The notes: generated by a model from the letters alone, not told the origin. A stretch of 32,000 nucleotides of DNA from Candidatus Syntropharchaeum caldarium (GCA_001766815.1 LYOS01000002.1:180001-212000), one strand, 5' to 3'. Shown: positions 8,449-16,997, counted from the stretch's first letter. Numbers and translations: made by a program.

Positions 8449-9264
8449 TTATATCCGCATGAGTTTATCTCTGACACGCGTGAAGAAACTCTCACCAGAT
8501 TTTACAAAGAGCGCCGATCGATCGGATTTCACGATCTCGATCTCATCGCCCTTGCTTACAGATCGATTTATCTCGCCATCTACAACAAGCATCGCATCCT
8601 TTTCAGGTTCGAGAAGCTCAATTCTGATCCTGCTTGAGCCTGCAACAACCGCGGGGCGAGCCGAGAGTTTGAACGGCGCGAGTGGGACAATTAACGTGCA
8701 ATCCATCCCTGGATCTACTATCGGACCTCCTGCACTCATCGAGTATGCAGTTGAACCAGTTGGTGTGGAGAAGACAACACCATCTGCACGCAGACGCTCA
8801 AAACCCTCTCCATCTATCAGAATTTCAAAATGTAGCATCTTGGCAGGTCTCAACGTGAGAACAACGATCTCGTTCATTGCAGTAGCTTCTTTCTTCTTGT
8901 TCACGATCACATCAAGTCTGGAGCGTTCTTCAACCTCAAAATTATCGATGATCTCACAGATATTTGCAAGTGCCTCATCCGGAGTCAGTGCTGCAAGAAA
9001 GCCGAGTGCACCCATCCCAATGCCAAGAACTGGTATCGGATCGTCCATTGCGGCAATCGTTCGTAGTATGGTTCCATCCCCACCGATACAGAGTATTACA
9101 TCCACATCCATATCACTGATCGGTGCCCCATCTATACCAAGTTTTAATGCAGTCCCAGGATCTGCGATAACATCGAGATGATCTCTGATCCGCTCAAAGA
9201 TATTTTCTGCCATCTGTGAGAGATCGTCTCTCGCAACAATACCAACACGACGTGCCCTGATCAC
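8449..9264 (-). CDS. nadK: NAD kinase
   Basis: 271 aa with the GGDGTILR motif, NEIVV, and the TPTGSTAYSMSAGGPIV signature. Confidence 0.9.
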   Translation of the reverse strand: MIRARRVGIVARDDLSQMAENIFERIRDHLDVIADPGTALKLGIDGAPISDMDVDVILCIGGDGTILRTIAAMDDPIPVLGIGMGALGFLAALTPDEALANICEIIDNFEVEERSRLDVIVNKKKEATAMNEIVVLTLRPAKMLHFEILIDGEGFERLRADGVVFSTPTGSTAYSMSAGGPIVDPGMDCTLIVPLAPFKLSARPAVVAGSSRIRIELLEPEKDAMLVVDGEINRSVSKGDEIEIVKSDRSALFVKSGESFFTRVRDKLMRI

Positions 9265-9965
9265 GCTATGTCCCTCGATGTATCGATCTCGATCCCATGA
9301 GGTCCGATCTTGAACTTGATGAACTCAGGAAGGGGTGCCATCCCACGCACCTTTGTGATCGAGAAGCGATTATTTATTCTGTGACCCACCCGCTCAAGGT
9401 CCACATTGAATATCACATCCGCAACATTCATGATATAATTCTCAATTTGCTTATCATGGCTGTCATTCAGGACATACAGGAATCCAAGTCCGCCGCATCC
9501 TTTTACAAGCTCGTATAATCGGTTAACAAGATTTCTCAATCTGAATTGATCGATCTTCAGATCCATGAAGAACGAGAAAGTATCTACGATGATATTGAAT
9601 TCATTCTCACCTTCCACCTCTTTTATGGTTTCAAGTTCGACCTCGATCCAATCCATGATCTTTTCATCACTGTCTTCGGTATATCCACCATTGAGATTAT
9701 ATTTGCTGTAGACATCTAAAAATATGACTGAATCCATATTCTGCGTGCATCCGATCGTAGCGATATTCTGCGCTATATACTCGTGCCTTCGGGTGGTTGT
9801 GATATAGTACGTCTTACGGGAGGATGTGAACTGGTACAGAAATATCTCTGCCATTGAGTCGGGATCACCTCTAAAATAGATGAGCGAGCCAGCCGGGAAT
9901 CCGCCTCGCATGATCGTATCAAGCATATATATCCCTGTTGGCTTGAGCATTCCTGCATCCCTCAT
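9261..9965 (-). CDS. KaiC/RecA-superfamily domain protein with degenerate Walker A (predicted non-catalytic)
   Basis: 234 aa. It has the KaiC-type entry (GIYMLDTIMRGGFPAGSLIYFRG) followed by DPDSMAEI where GxxGxGK[ST] is expected, and a Walker-B-like IIVDTFS. Its stop overlaps the nadK start by 4 bp. Confidence 0.6.
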   Translation of the reverse strand: MRDAGMLKPTGIYMLDTIMRGGFPAGSLIYFRGDPDSMAEIFLYQFTSSRKTYYITTTRRHEYIAQNIATIGCTQNMDSVIFLDVYSKYNLNGGYTEDSDEKIMDWIEVELETIKEVEGENEFNIIVDTFSFFMDLKIDQFRLRNLVNRLYELVKGCGGLGFLYVLNDSHDKQIENYIMNVADVIFNVDLERVGHRINNRFSITKVRGMAPLPEFIKFKIGPHGIEIDTSRDIA

Positions 9966-10002
9966 TTAAATTATTTAGCTATGAGCATAGATATAAGCTA
10001 AA

Positions 10003-10800
10003 CTACCTGATGATGATCCCTGCGTATCCAACAACAGAGGTATAGTCTCCACTTACATCACCGCTTGTTGCATACATCACAAGTTCCCCTTCTTCTGCAC
10101 CCAGCGCTCGAGTTGCGGTCAACATCGCACCGATTGGGTCAACCCCGCAGGCGGTAATACGACGTTCATAGATCCGCCTGTAGAACGTTGATACGTCAAG
10201 CTTCAGGATAGGTTCGATGGCATAGTGGTCATTGATCCGTGCCACTTTATCCGGTGCATAGTGCGTGAAATCACTTGATGCAAGAATCACAGCGTCCCTC
10301 CCGGTTGCATCAATCGCGTATTTTATCTCCATTCCCACCTCCATCGCGGTCTCTTCATCCCTGATCCCAATCGAGATGGGCAGGATCATGAAATCCTCAA
10401 ATAAATACTGTAAGAATGGTATCTGAACCTCGGCAGAATGTTCGTACCTGTGAGCAGTCTCATCGATATCGATGATCCGCCGTGGAAGTGCATCAACTAT
10501 CTCACGATCGACCCTGACTTTACCAAAGGGTGTGCTCCAGGTATCCCTGGATGCTGCCACAAGCGACCCAGCACCATGATGGTTTGGGCATGTGATGATG
10601 TAGGTACTGACAGCAGGGAGTTTTGCAAAAACCGATGCTGCAACTTTACCCGAGTATATGTAGCCAGCATGTGGTACAACAGCACCAAGTATCCGCTCAT
10701 CGGGCTTTATCTCAATACCACGAAAGCATGATTCAAGTATGGCCTCAAGTTCGGAAGGATCGTTTGGATAAAACTGTCCACTAACGGCAGGATACCTCAC
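10003..10800 (-). CDS. MEMO1-family protein (AmmeMemoRadiSam system protein B type)
   Basis: 265 aa. MRYPAVSGQFYP..., VVPHAGYIYSG and SSDFTHY are hallmark Memo-family motifs. Confidence 0.85.
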   Translation of the reverse strand: MRYPAVSGQFYPNDPSELEAILESCFRGIEIKPDERILGAVVPHAGYIYSGKVAASVFAKLPAVSTYIITCPNHHGAGSLVAASRDTWSTPFGKVRVDREIVDALPRRIIDIDETAHRYEHSAEVQIPFLQYLFEDFMILPISIGIRDEETAMEVGMEIKYAIDATGRDAVILASSDFTHYAPDKVARINDHYAIEPILKLDVSTFYRRIYERRITACGVDPIGAMLTATRALGAEEGELVMYATSGDVSGDYTSVVGYAGIIIR

Positions 10801-10807
10801 TCCTATC

Positions 10808-11680
10808 TCACCTCACTATCTTTGATATGTTAATCTCAAGAATATCCTCTGCACCGAGACGCTTCAGCTCAGGGATCAGGATATTGACTCCATTCTTGTC
10901 GACCACGGTCTCAACTGCATAGTAATTCGTGTGGTAGAGCTTTGATATCGTCGGGGTTTTCAGAGAAGGAAGTGCTGCTATCAGATCGTCGAGCTTATCC
11001 TCTGCAACGTTCATCGTGAGAAGTACCTTTCCTCTCGCCTCGATGACACCAAGAAGCAGTGTTCTGATCTCTTCTATCTCCCTGCGCTTAACTGGATCCG
11101 CCCAGCTATTTTTATTTGCAATGATAACCGTGTGCGACTCAAGCAGCGTGTCGATGATCTTGAGCCCATTTTTTTTAAGTGTTGAACCTGTCTCTGTCAG
11201 ATCAACGATCACATCCATCAGATCTGGTACCTTTGCCTCGGTTGCACCATAGGAGAAGAAGATCTCAACAGGTATTCCAAGCTTCTTGAAGAAAGCCTCT
11301 GTGATTCGAGGGTACTCGGTGCTCACCCTGCTTCCAGGTAATATATCCCTGGGGGATTCGATATCGCGGTCTTCAGGGACTGCAAGAACAATTTTGACTC
11401 CACCGCTGCTCTGCTTGCTGTAATTAAGAGTTGCAACCTCCACAACATCGGCACCCGTCTCATTTACCCAATCCTGTCCTGATATACCAAGATCAAAGTA
11501 TCCGTGCTCAACATAACCTGGTATCTCCTGCGGACGAAGTATTTTGACCTTTCCGATTCTTGGATCTGCTATCTGCGGGTTGTAGTCCCTATCTGTCTTC
11601 TTGACCTCAAGATCCGCTTCTCTGAAGAGCGTGAGAGTTGCATCTTCGAGACTACCCTTAGGAAGTGCTATATCTATCAT
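10808..11680 (-). CDS. hisG: ATP phosphoribosyltransferase, long form
   Basis: 290 aa. It has IALPKGSLEDATLTLF, the DLTETGSTLKKNGL signature, and a C-terminal regulatory domain. Confidence 0.9.
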   Translation of the reverse strand: MIDIALPKGSLEDATLTLFREADLEVKKTDRDYNPQIADPRIGKVKILRPQEIPGYVEHGYFDLGISGQDWVNETGADVVEVATLNYSKQSSGGVKIVLAVPEDRDIESPRDILPGSRVSTEYPRITEAFFKKLGIPVEIFFSYGATEAKVPDLMDVIVDLTETGSTLKKNGLKIIDTLLESHTVIIANKNSWADPVKRREIEEIRTLLLGVIEARGKVLLTMNVAEDKLDDLIAALPSLKTPTISKLYHTNYYAVETVVDKNGVNILIPELKRLGAEDILEINISKIVR

Positions 11681-11702
11681 TCTTACTTATTTCGTTGAGA
11701 TT

Positions 11703-11715
11703 CTATAAAAAATAG
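11703..11715 (-). promoter_or_regulatory. Oligo-T / TATA element (ctattttttatag on minus strand): candidate terminator of the PqqD-like unit and hisG promoter
   Basis: A T6 run lies about 30 nt after the PqqD-like stop and about 29 nt before the hisG ATG. Confidence 0.35.
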
Positions 11716-11743
11716 ATAGATTACGTATTCACACCAGGTGGCT

Positions 11744-12034
11744 TCACATCTCAATAATCTTCATTTCAGACATTTTTTTGAGTATCTGGTTGACATCCTT
11801 CTCTATGACAGAACGCTGGGCATCATAGTTGGCATAGATCTCATCCACGATCTCATCCACTGTGTGTTTACCATCACAGAGCCTGACGATGATACTTGCG
11901 GTTTCATTTGCCTCAAATACCTCGTTTGTTTTGTAATCAACAAGCATCATTCCTGCTTCACTCGTCCGGGTGATATATGCTGATTTTTCCTCAAGTTCAA
12001 TAGAATCTTTTAGTTTTGGGTTACCCACTGCCAC
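11744..12034 (-). CDS. Stand-alone PqqD-family protein (RiPP recognition element-like)
   Basis: About 95 aa. ...EVFEANETASIIVRLCDGKHTVDEIVDEIYANYDAQRSVIEKDVNQILKKMSEMKIIE matches the PqqD pattern (Ln.t...iw.l.dG..tv.eI...l...Y.v......DV..fl..L...gli). The start is GTG at 12034 or 12028, directly after GGAGGTG. Confidence 0.8.
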   Translation of the reverse strand: MAVGNPKLKDSIELEEKSAYITRTSEAGMMLVDYKTNEVFEANETASIIVRLCDGKHTVDEIVDEIYANYDAQRSVIEKDVNQILKKMSEMKIIEM

Positions 12035-12040
12035 ACCTCC

Positions 12041-12151
12041 TCACATCAGGCTTGTTCCGTCAATGCCTGCTCCATCCATGATCGAACCTAAACTTTTCCA
12101 CTCTTCAATCTTCGGTGGAACATAAGGTTTCTTTTTAACTTCCTCGGACAT
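12041..12151 (-). CDS. Unannotated 36-codon ORF, candidate precursor or partner peptide of the PqqD-like protein
   Basis: My translation of the reverse strand gives MSEEVKKKPYVPPKIEEWKSLGSIMDGAGIDGTSLM*. ATG at 12151 has AGGAGTG 6 nt upstream. Its TGA stop lies inside the GGAGGTG RBS of the PqqD-like gene. It is below the 60-aa cut-off of the ORF track. Confidence 0.45.
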   Translation of the reverse strand: MSEEVKKKPYVPPKIEEWKSLGSIMDGAGIDGTSLM

Positions 12152-12200
12152 GTCAGTCACTCCTACATCTCATTAGTTCAGCATTACATGATTCGATCTC

Positions 12201-12215
12201 CTTAAATAATTTTGG
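12201..12215. promoter_or_regulatory. TATA-like element in the divergent spacer between dinB and the small-ORF/PqqD unit
   Basis: cttaaataattttgg is centred about 29 nt upstream of the dinB ATG. Read on the other strand, it would place a TSS about 30 nt upstream of the small-ORF ATG, leaving a 5' UTR that contains AGGAGTG. Confidence 0.35.
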
Positions 12216-12236
12216 CTATGTATGTTCCTCAGGTGA

Positions 12237-13355
12237 ATGCAGCGCAAAGAGCGGGATAGGATCATACTCCACATCGATATGGACAGTTTCTATGCCGCAG
12301 TGGAGATGCAGGATACCCCTTCTCTTAAAGGTCTTCCTGTTGTTGTTGGTGCAGATCCCAGAATGGGGAAGGGAAGGGGAGTTGTCAGCACGTGCTCATA
12401 CGAAGCGAGGAGTTATGGCGTACGCTCTGGTATGCCGATTTCGCAGGCATTCAAACTGCTCTCAGGCACAGACGCGGTATTCTTACCGGTGAACATGCAG
12501 CGCTACAGAGAGGTTTCTGAAAAGATCATGGGAATTCTCAGGAGTTATGCCGGGAGATTTCAACAGGTGAGTATCGACGAGGCGTTTCTTGATATTACAG
12601 ACCATGTTAACGACTGGAATGATGTGGAAAACTTTGCACTTGAGATTAAAAAAGATGTGCTTGCGCAAACTGGACTCACCTGCTCCATCGGGATTGCAGC
12701 GAACAAAGCTGTTTCAAAGATTGCCTCCAGCATCGGAAAACCAGATGGGCTTACGATTATCACGCCAGGTGATGTTAAAAAGTTCCTATCACCGCTACCT
12801 ATCTCAGAGATATCTGGTATCGGAAGAAAGACCGAAGAACGACTGAAAAAGATCGGGATCCACACAATCGCAGAACTCGCAGATGCCGATATTGTCCAGA
12901 TCATATCCGAGTTTGGCAGGATCGGCCAGAGGATACATCTTCTTGCAGAGGGAATCGATGATGAAGAGGTACGTGAGCGGGGTGAGCCAAAATCCATCGG
13001 GCATGAAGATACATTTGAGATTGATACAGATGATCCCGATCTGATCAAGAGCGTGATAGGTGATATCGCCGAGCGAATCCATAAAAGGCTTCTTGTGGAG
13101 AACTGTAACTTCAGGACGATTACGTTGAAGGTGCGGTTTGAAGACTTTGTGACACACACTCGATCACGAACTCTTCGTAGACACACCCAGGACCAGAGGG
13201 TGATCGAGGCGATCTCCAGGGAGATGATGGATGAATTTCTATCCAATGAGAAGAGGCTGAGGTTGGTCGGAGTGCGAGTATCACACCTTGAGAAGGTCGA
13301 TCTGGGGCAGCGAAGGTTGGATGAATATTTCTCAGCGGCTGATAGATCAATCTGA
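12237..13355 (+). CDS. dinB: Y-family DNA polymerase IV (Dpo4/DinB)
   Basis: 372 aa. ILHIDMDSFYAAVE, the SIDEAFLD catalytic motif, and GIGRKTEERLKKIGI (HhH) are present. Confidence 0.9.
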   Translation: MQRKERDRIILHIDMDSFYAAVEMQDTPSLKGLPVVVGADPRMGKGRGVVSTCSYEARSYGVRSGMPISQAFKLLSGTDAVFLPVNMQRYREVSEKIMGILRSYAGRFQQVSIDEAFLDITDHVNDWNDVENFALEIKKDVLAQTGLTCSIGIAANKAVSKIASSIGKPDGLTIITPGDVKKFLSPLPISEISGIGRKTEERLKKIGIHTIAELADADIVQIISEFGRIGQRIHLLAEGIDDEEVRERGEPKSIGHEDTFEIDTDDPDLIKSVIGDIAERIHKRLLVENCNFRTITLKVRFEDFVTHTRSRTLRRHTQDQRVIEAISREMMDEFLSNEKRLRLVGVRVSHLEKVDLGQRRLDEYFSAADRSI

Positions 13356-14114
13356 TATATGCGTTGATAGGATCTTCTCACCCTCAAGCCATCGCTTTAT
13401 ATTTCCTTTCTTCATCCCATTGAAGATGTACGAATCTATCCCTGCTTCTGCAAGCTCAAGAAGTTCTCTGATCTTCCCACGCATCGCACCTGTGACATCG
13501 ATCGTTGAAGACTCGGTGAATGTAACCCCATCAAGATTGCGGGGTGTTATATGCTCAATCAACTCTCCATCTTTGCCCATAACTCCATCAACATCAACCG
13601 CAACGCCGACCCGTTTGGCACCAAGCTCTCTTGCAAGGTATGAGACGATCTGATCGCCCGAGAGAATCGCATAACCCTGTTTGCGATCAAAGACGACGTC
13701 ACCGTGAAGTACCGGGATAAAATCGCGCTTCAGCATCTCGACGATCTGTTCGGTCATCATCGAGTGAATCCTGCCTTCATCAAGGAGTGTGAAGTTCATC
13801 GGATGAAGTGCAACCGCTGGGGCTTTCGAGTCAACGAGATGAGAGACAAAGTACATATCAAGCTCCATCACGTTTGCATTTATATCAAAGACAGCAAACG
13901 CATCTGCTGCCAGATCTTTCTCGATGCTGAAGTGTTTTGCAGCCTGTGGATGTCCGTATGATCCAGCGCCGTGAACAAGGATCAAACCATCTCTCTGGAC
14001 ATCTGCGATCTCGTTTGCTACCTGATTGATCATATCAGTCCTTAAACTTCTCTCATCATGCTTATGCGTGAGGACGCTCCCCCCGATCTTAAGAATTGTC
14101 AGATCTTTCATCAA
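13347..14114 (-). CDS. ipk: Isopentenyl phosphate kinase (archaeal mevalonate pathway)
   Basis: 255 aa in the amino-acid-kinase fold. LTILKIGGSVLTHK, LVHGAGSYGH and DVTGAM are present. Confidence 0.85.
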   Translation of the reverse strand: MMKDLTILKIGGSVLTHKHDERSLRTDMINQVANEIADVQRDGLILVHGAGSYGHPQAAKHFSIEKDLAADAFAVFDINANVMELDMYFVSHLVDSKAPAVALHPMNFTLLDEGRIHSMMTEQIVEMLKRDFIPVLHGDVVFDRKQGYAILSGDQIVSYLARELGAKRVGVAVDVDGVMGKDGELIEHITPRNLDGVTFTESSTIDVTGAMRGKIRELLELAEAGIDSYIFNGMKKGNIKRWLEGEKILSTHISD

Positions 14115-14118
14115 CCAT

Positions 14119-14790
14119 TCACTCCCATCTCAACTCATAAATGCGTCCATCTGAGAGTATCTCTCCTATCAAAGACTCTGTCCTGAAATTTCTTGGCATG
14201 GCGACGGTATAAGTAAACTTTACTGCATCCGCTTCCTGCAGGAAACCCGCCATCTCAAATTCGATTCCATACTTATGTAATAGACTTTCCAACATTGACT
14301 TTGTATCTGATGGGTCTGCCATCTTTACATGGAGTACTACTTTTGTATGTGGCAGTGATAAGCGATCTTCAAACTGCGAGAATACAGATAGCGTAATCAG
14401 AATCGCAACCGTTGAGATGATCGCTATCTCGATGAGACCAACACCAACAAGAAGTCCAACCCCTGCTGTTACCCACAGTCCTGCTGCTGTTGTAAGCCCT
14501 TTTACGCTTACACCTTCTTTGAAGATTGCTCCTGCACCGAGAAATCCGATCCCTGTCACAACAGCCGCCGCGATACGGGATGTATCCATCACCAGACCCA
14601 CACCGCTAACCTGCGTCTCCCATGGGTAATAGGATATAAAGATCAGGAGTGTTGAGCCAAGACAGACGAGGATATATGTCCTGAAGCCTGCTGGGTGGCG
14701 TTTAATCTCACGTTCAAGCCCGATCACCCCTCCGAGTATCAGCGAGATCAGTATCTTGAATGTGGCATCAAGAATGATTAGAGTATCCAT
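14119..14790 (-). CDS. MgtC/SapB family membrane protein
   Basis: LGGVIGLEREIKRHPAGFRTYILVCLGS is followed by 4-5 TM segments and a soluble ACT-like C-terminus. The ORF-track start at 14814 is TTG; ATG at 14790 (MDTLIIL) is preferred. Confidence 0.85.
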   Translation of the reverse strand: MDTLIILDATFKILISLILGGVIGLEREIKRHPAGFRTYILVCLGSTLLIFISYYPWETQVSGVGLVMDTSRIAAAVVTGIGFLGAGAIFKEGVSVKGLTTAAGLWVTAGVGLLVGVGLIEIAIISTVAILITLSVFSQFEDRLSLPHTKVVLHVKMADPSDTKSMLESLLHKYGIEFEMAGFLQEADAVKFTYTVAMPRNFRTESLIGEILSDGRIYELRWE

Positions 14791-14914
14791 TGTATAAACA
14801 ACTCCAGCAAACAATCTTCACCTCTACCAGAGCGATTAAATAGATTTCGCTGGCTTCAATAACCTCTGTGGCCCTCATCAAAAGATAAATAACAGCTCAG
14901 AGAAAAAAGCTATC

Positions 14915-15481
14915 ATGGTTGCCGATAAAAGAAAATTGACGATCAGTATAGTAGCAGGACTCATACTGATAACGTCCGGGACGATCATTCTGCTCGGACC
15001 TTCCAATGGTGATCAGGATGAGAACCACACAGATACATCCAGCCTCCAAACACCACCTGCCTCATCAAACCCAGAATCGTCTGAAGAATCCGGTGTAAGT
15101 GGAAGAATCATCTCGATCGAGTTTGATAAGCCATACTACAAGGCGGGTGATGTGGTAAAAGCCAATCTCAAGTTTGAGAATACAGGAGAGGTTGCGATAA
15201 CCAGTGAAGAAGTTGTGATTAAAGCATACTGTAAGAGGCTTGATAGCCTGCTTGGAAGAGCAGCTCTGAAGACCCTGAGTGATGAAGAGCGGTCGATGGT
15301 GACCTCACTGCATTATAATGTCAACGTCCCACCGGGTGATACAGGAGAACTTGGTGCAAGCTTCCAGACAGAGGCAGAGATGGAGGGAGTGAGCCTTGCT
15401 GGCGATTACGAGGTTACGTTGACATTGAAAGGAAATGGCGTGACGCTTGGTAGCAAAACACTTGATCTGAGGCTGAACTGA
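14915..15481 (+). CDS. Hypothetical membrane-anchored extracytoplasmic protein (N-terminal TM, acidic Ser/Pro linker, beta-rich Ig-like domain)
   Basis: 188 aa. It has a TM helix (LTISIVAGLILITSGTIILLG), a low-complexity linker (DQDENHTDTSSLQTPPASSNPESSEESG), and then alternating beta-strand patterns (VVKANLKFENTGEVAITSEEVVIKAY). I recognise no family. Confidence 0.5.
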   Translation: MVADKRKLTISIVAGLILITSGTIILLGPSNGDQDENHTDTSSLQTPPASSNPESSEESGVSGRIISIEFDKPYYKAGDVVKANLKFENTGEVAITSEEVVIKAYCKRLDSLLGRAALKTLSDEERSMVTSLHYNVNVPPGDTGELGASFQTEAEMEGVSLAGDYEVTLTLKGNGVTLGSKTLDLRLN

Positions 15482-15491
15482 GAACTGAGTA

Positions 15492-16076
15492 ATGTCTGCA
15501 GTCATCGACCTTGTCAACTGGACGATCGCGATACTTGAACCGTACGGATCAGCAGGGCTGTTTCTGCTCGCATTCATCGAGTCGTCGTTTTTTCCTGTGC
15601 CACCTGACGTACTCCTGATTGGACTTTCGCTATTAAAACCTGAACATGCAATATTTTACGGTTTTGTTGCAACGATCGGGTCTGTTTCAGGTGGTGTGTT
15701 TGGATACTGGATTGGATTTAAGCTTGGTGAGCCGATACTTGAACATTTCACATCAAAAAAGCGTATCGAGACAGTTCACGATTATTTTGATCGATATGAA
15801 GCATGGGCTGTTGGTATTGCAGGTCTTACGCCGATACCTTACAAAGTCTTCACGATTGCCGCCGGGATATTTTACGTCAATCTCAGGAGATTTATCCTTG
15901 CATCCCTGATCGGGCGGGGTTTGAGGTTCATGACAGTTGGTATCGTCCTCTTTCTCTATGGGGAGAGCATCGTTGAGTTCATTGAGCTTTACTTTGGATG
16001 GATCACGATCGGTATCGCGCTCATTGCGATTCTTCTTGCGTTTGTATATTACAGGTTGAGGGATAATGATGCATGA
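15492..16076 (+). CDS. YqaA/DedA-related (SNARE-associated-domain) membrane protein
   Basis: 194 aa. GLFLLAFIESSFFPVPPDVLL and the PIPYKVFTIAAG motif are present, with 4-5 TM segments. Confidence 0.8.
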   Translation: MSAVIDLVNWTIAILEPYGSAGLFLLAFIESSFFPVPPDVLLIGLSLLKPEHAIFYGFVATIGSVSGGVFGYWIGFKLGEPILEHFTSKKRIETVHDYFDRYEAWAVGIAGLTPIPYKVFTIAAGIFYVNLRRFILASLIGRGLRFMTVGIVLFLYGESIVEFIELYFGWITIGIALIAILLAFVYYRLRDNDA

Positions 16077-16956
16077 TCAGGGCAGAATTGTTTGGGCATG
16101 GGCACCATCACATATCACGGGCTTTTTCAGCATACATCGCGACCCTAATCCACTTTTAAGCGGTTCCTGTGGTTGTGGGATTGTGCTTGAAGCAGGCTGT
16201 GAGGTTAAAGCATCCCTGAGTGATGAGTATGAGATCTTTGTAAACGGCTCCAGGGTCGATGCCAGAACCACGATGCATGTGCTCACAATGCTCGCAAACC
16301 AACCAGTCAGGTTAGAATGTTTTCATCAAACACCAGTTGGCGGTGGTTTTGGTGCATCTGCTGCATCAGCCCTTGCAACCGCGTACGCCCTTAATGAATT
16401 GCTCAATCTCGGAAAGACAGGGCTTGAACTTGCACAGATTGCCCACATCGCAGAGGTGGATGAGGTTACAGGTTTTGGGGATGTTATCGCAGCAGAGAGA
16501 GGGGGTGTTGTCATTCGAAAGAGAGCAGGTGGGCCTGGTTTTGGAATCCTTGATACGATCCCCTCGATTGAATATGAGGTCTTCTATGTAATTCTTGGTG
16601 GGATCTCAACAAAGGCAATCTTAACAGAGGAGGAAACCGTAAATGCGATAAATCATGCTGGAAAGATAGCTTTGAAGAAGATCCTGAAAAGACCCACATT
16701 TCAGAGATTTATGCAGCTATCAAAGGAGTTTGCCGATGCGACGGGGCTTTTAAGTCTCAAAGCGCGAGATGCGATAGAAGCGGTTGAATCTACGGGCGGT
16801 ATGGCTTCTATGGCAATGCTCGGAGATACTGTATTCGCCGTTGGTGGAAAAGAGGTGAGATCGGTGCTTGATGCATTTGGTGAGGTAGGAGTTAGCAAGA
16901 TAACACATTCGGGTGCGAGGTTAGATGGGTATCAGACTTTTACAATGCAACCATAG
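16066..16956 (+). CDS. Pantoate kinase (GHMP-kinase family, archaeal CoA pathway)
   Basis: 296 aa. It has the AWAPSHITGFF N-terminus and the GHMP motif PVGGGFGASAASALATA. It overlaps the upstream gene by 11 bp. Confidence 0.75.
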   Translation: MMHDQGRIVWAWAPSHITGFFSIHRDPNPLLSGSCGCGIVLEAGCEVKASLSDEYEIFVNGSRVDARTTMHVLTMLANQPVRLECFHQTPVGGGFGASAASALATAYALNELLNLGKTGLELAQIAHIAEVDEVTGFGDVIAAERGGVVIRKRAGGPGFGILDTIPSIEYEVFYVILGGISTKAILTEEETVNAINHAGKIALKKILKRPTFQRFMQLSKEFADATGLLSLKARDAIEAVESTGGMASMAMLGDTVFAVGGKEVRSVLDAFGEVGVSKITHSGARLDGYQTFTMQP

Positions 16957-16997
16957 ATCCAAAGCCCTTTTATGTTCAAACAACTTCGGGATAGTAG

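Noticed and set aside
8459-9181. 240-aa plus-strand ORF fully antisense to nadK.
   Set aside because: It is Ser/Pro/Thr-rich and low in complexity, with no recognisable motif or RBS. It is exactly co-extensive with a confidently identified gene on the other strand, which is typical of an antisense shadow ORF.
12041-12151. Reading the small ORF as a lasso-peptide precursor.
   Set aside because: The YxxPxI segment is suggestive, but there is no Thr at -2 before a plausible core. A G1 core gives Asp at positions 5 and 10, which fits no 7-9 ring. Only an S1...D9 reading with a 5-residue tail fits. No B2 protease or C cyclase gene lies in the window. It is kept only as one hypothesis inside the broader RiPP-pair finding.
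12560-13387. 275-aa minus-strand ORF antisense to dinB, plus the nested ORFs 12804-13157 and 13120-13350.
   Set aside because: The reasoning is the same as for the nadK antisense ORF. It is Ser/Arg-rich with no family signal, and dinB on the plus strand has all the Y-family motifs.
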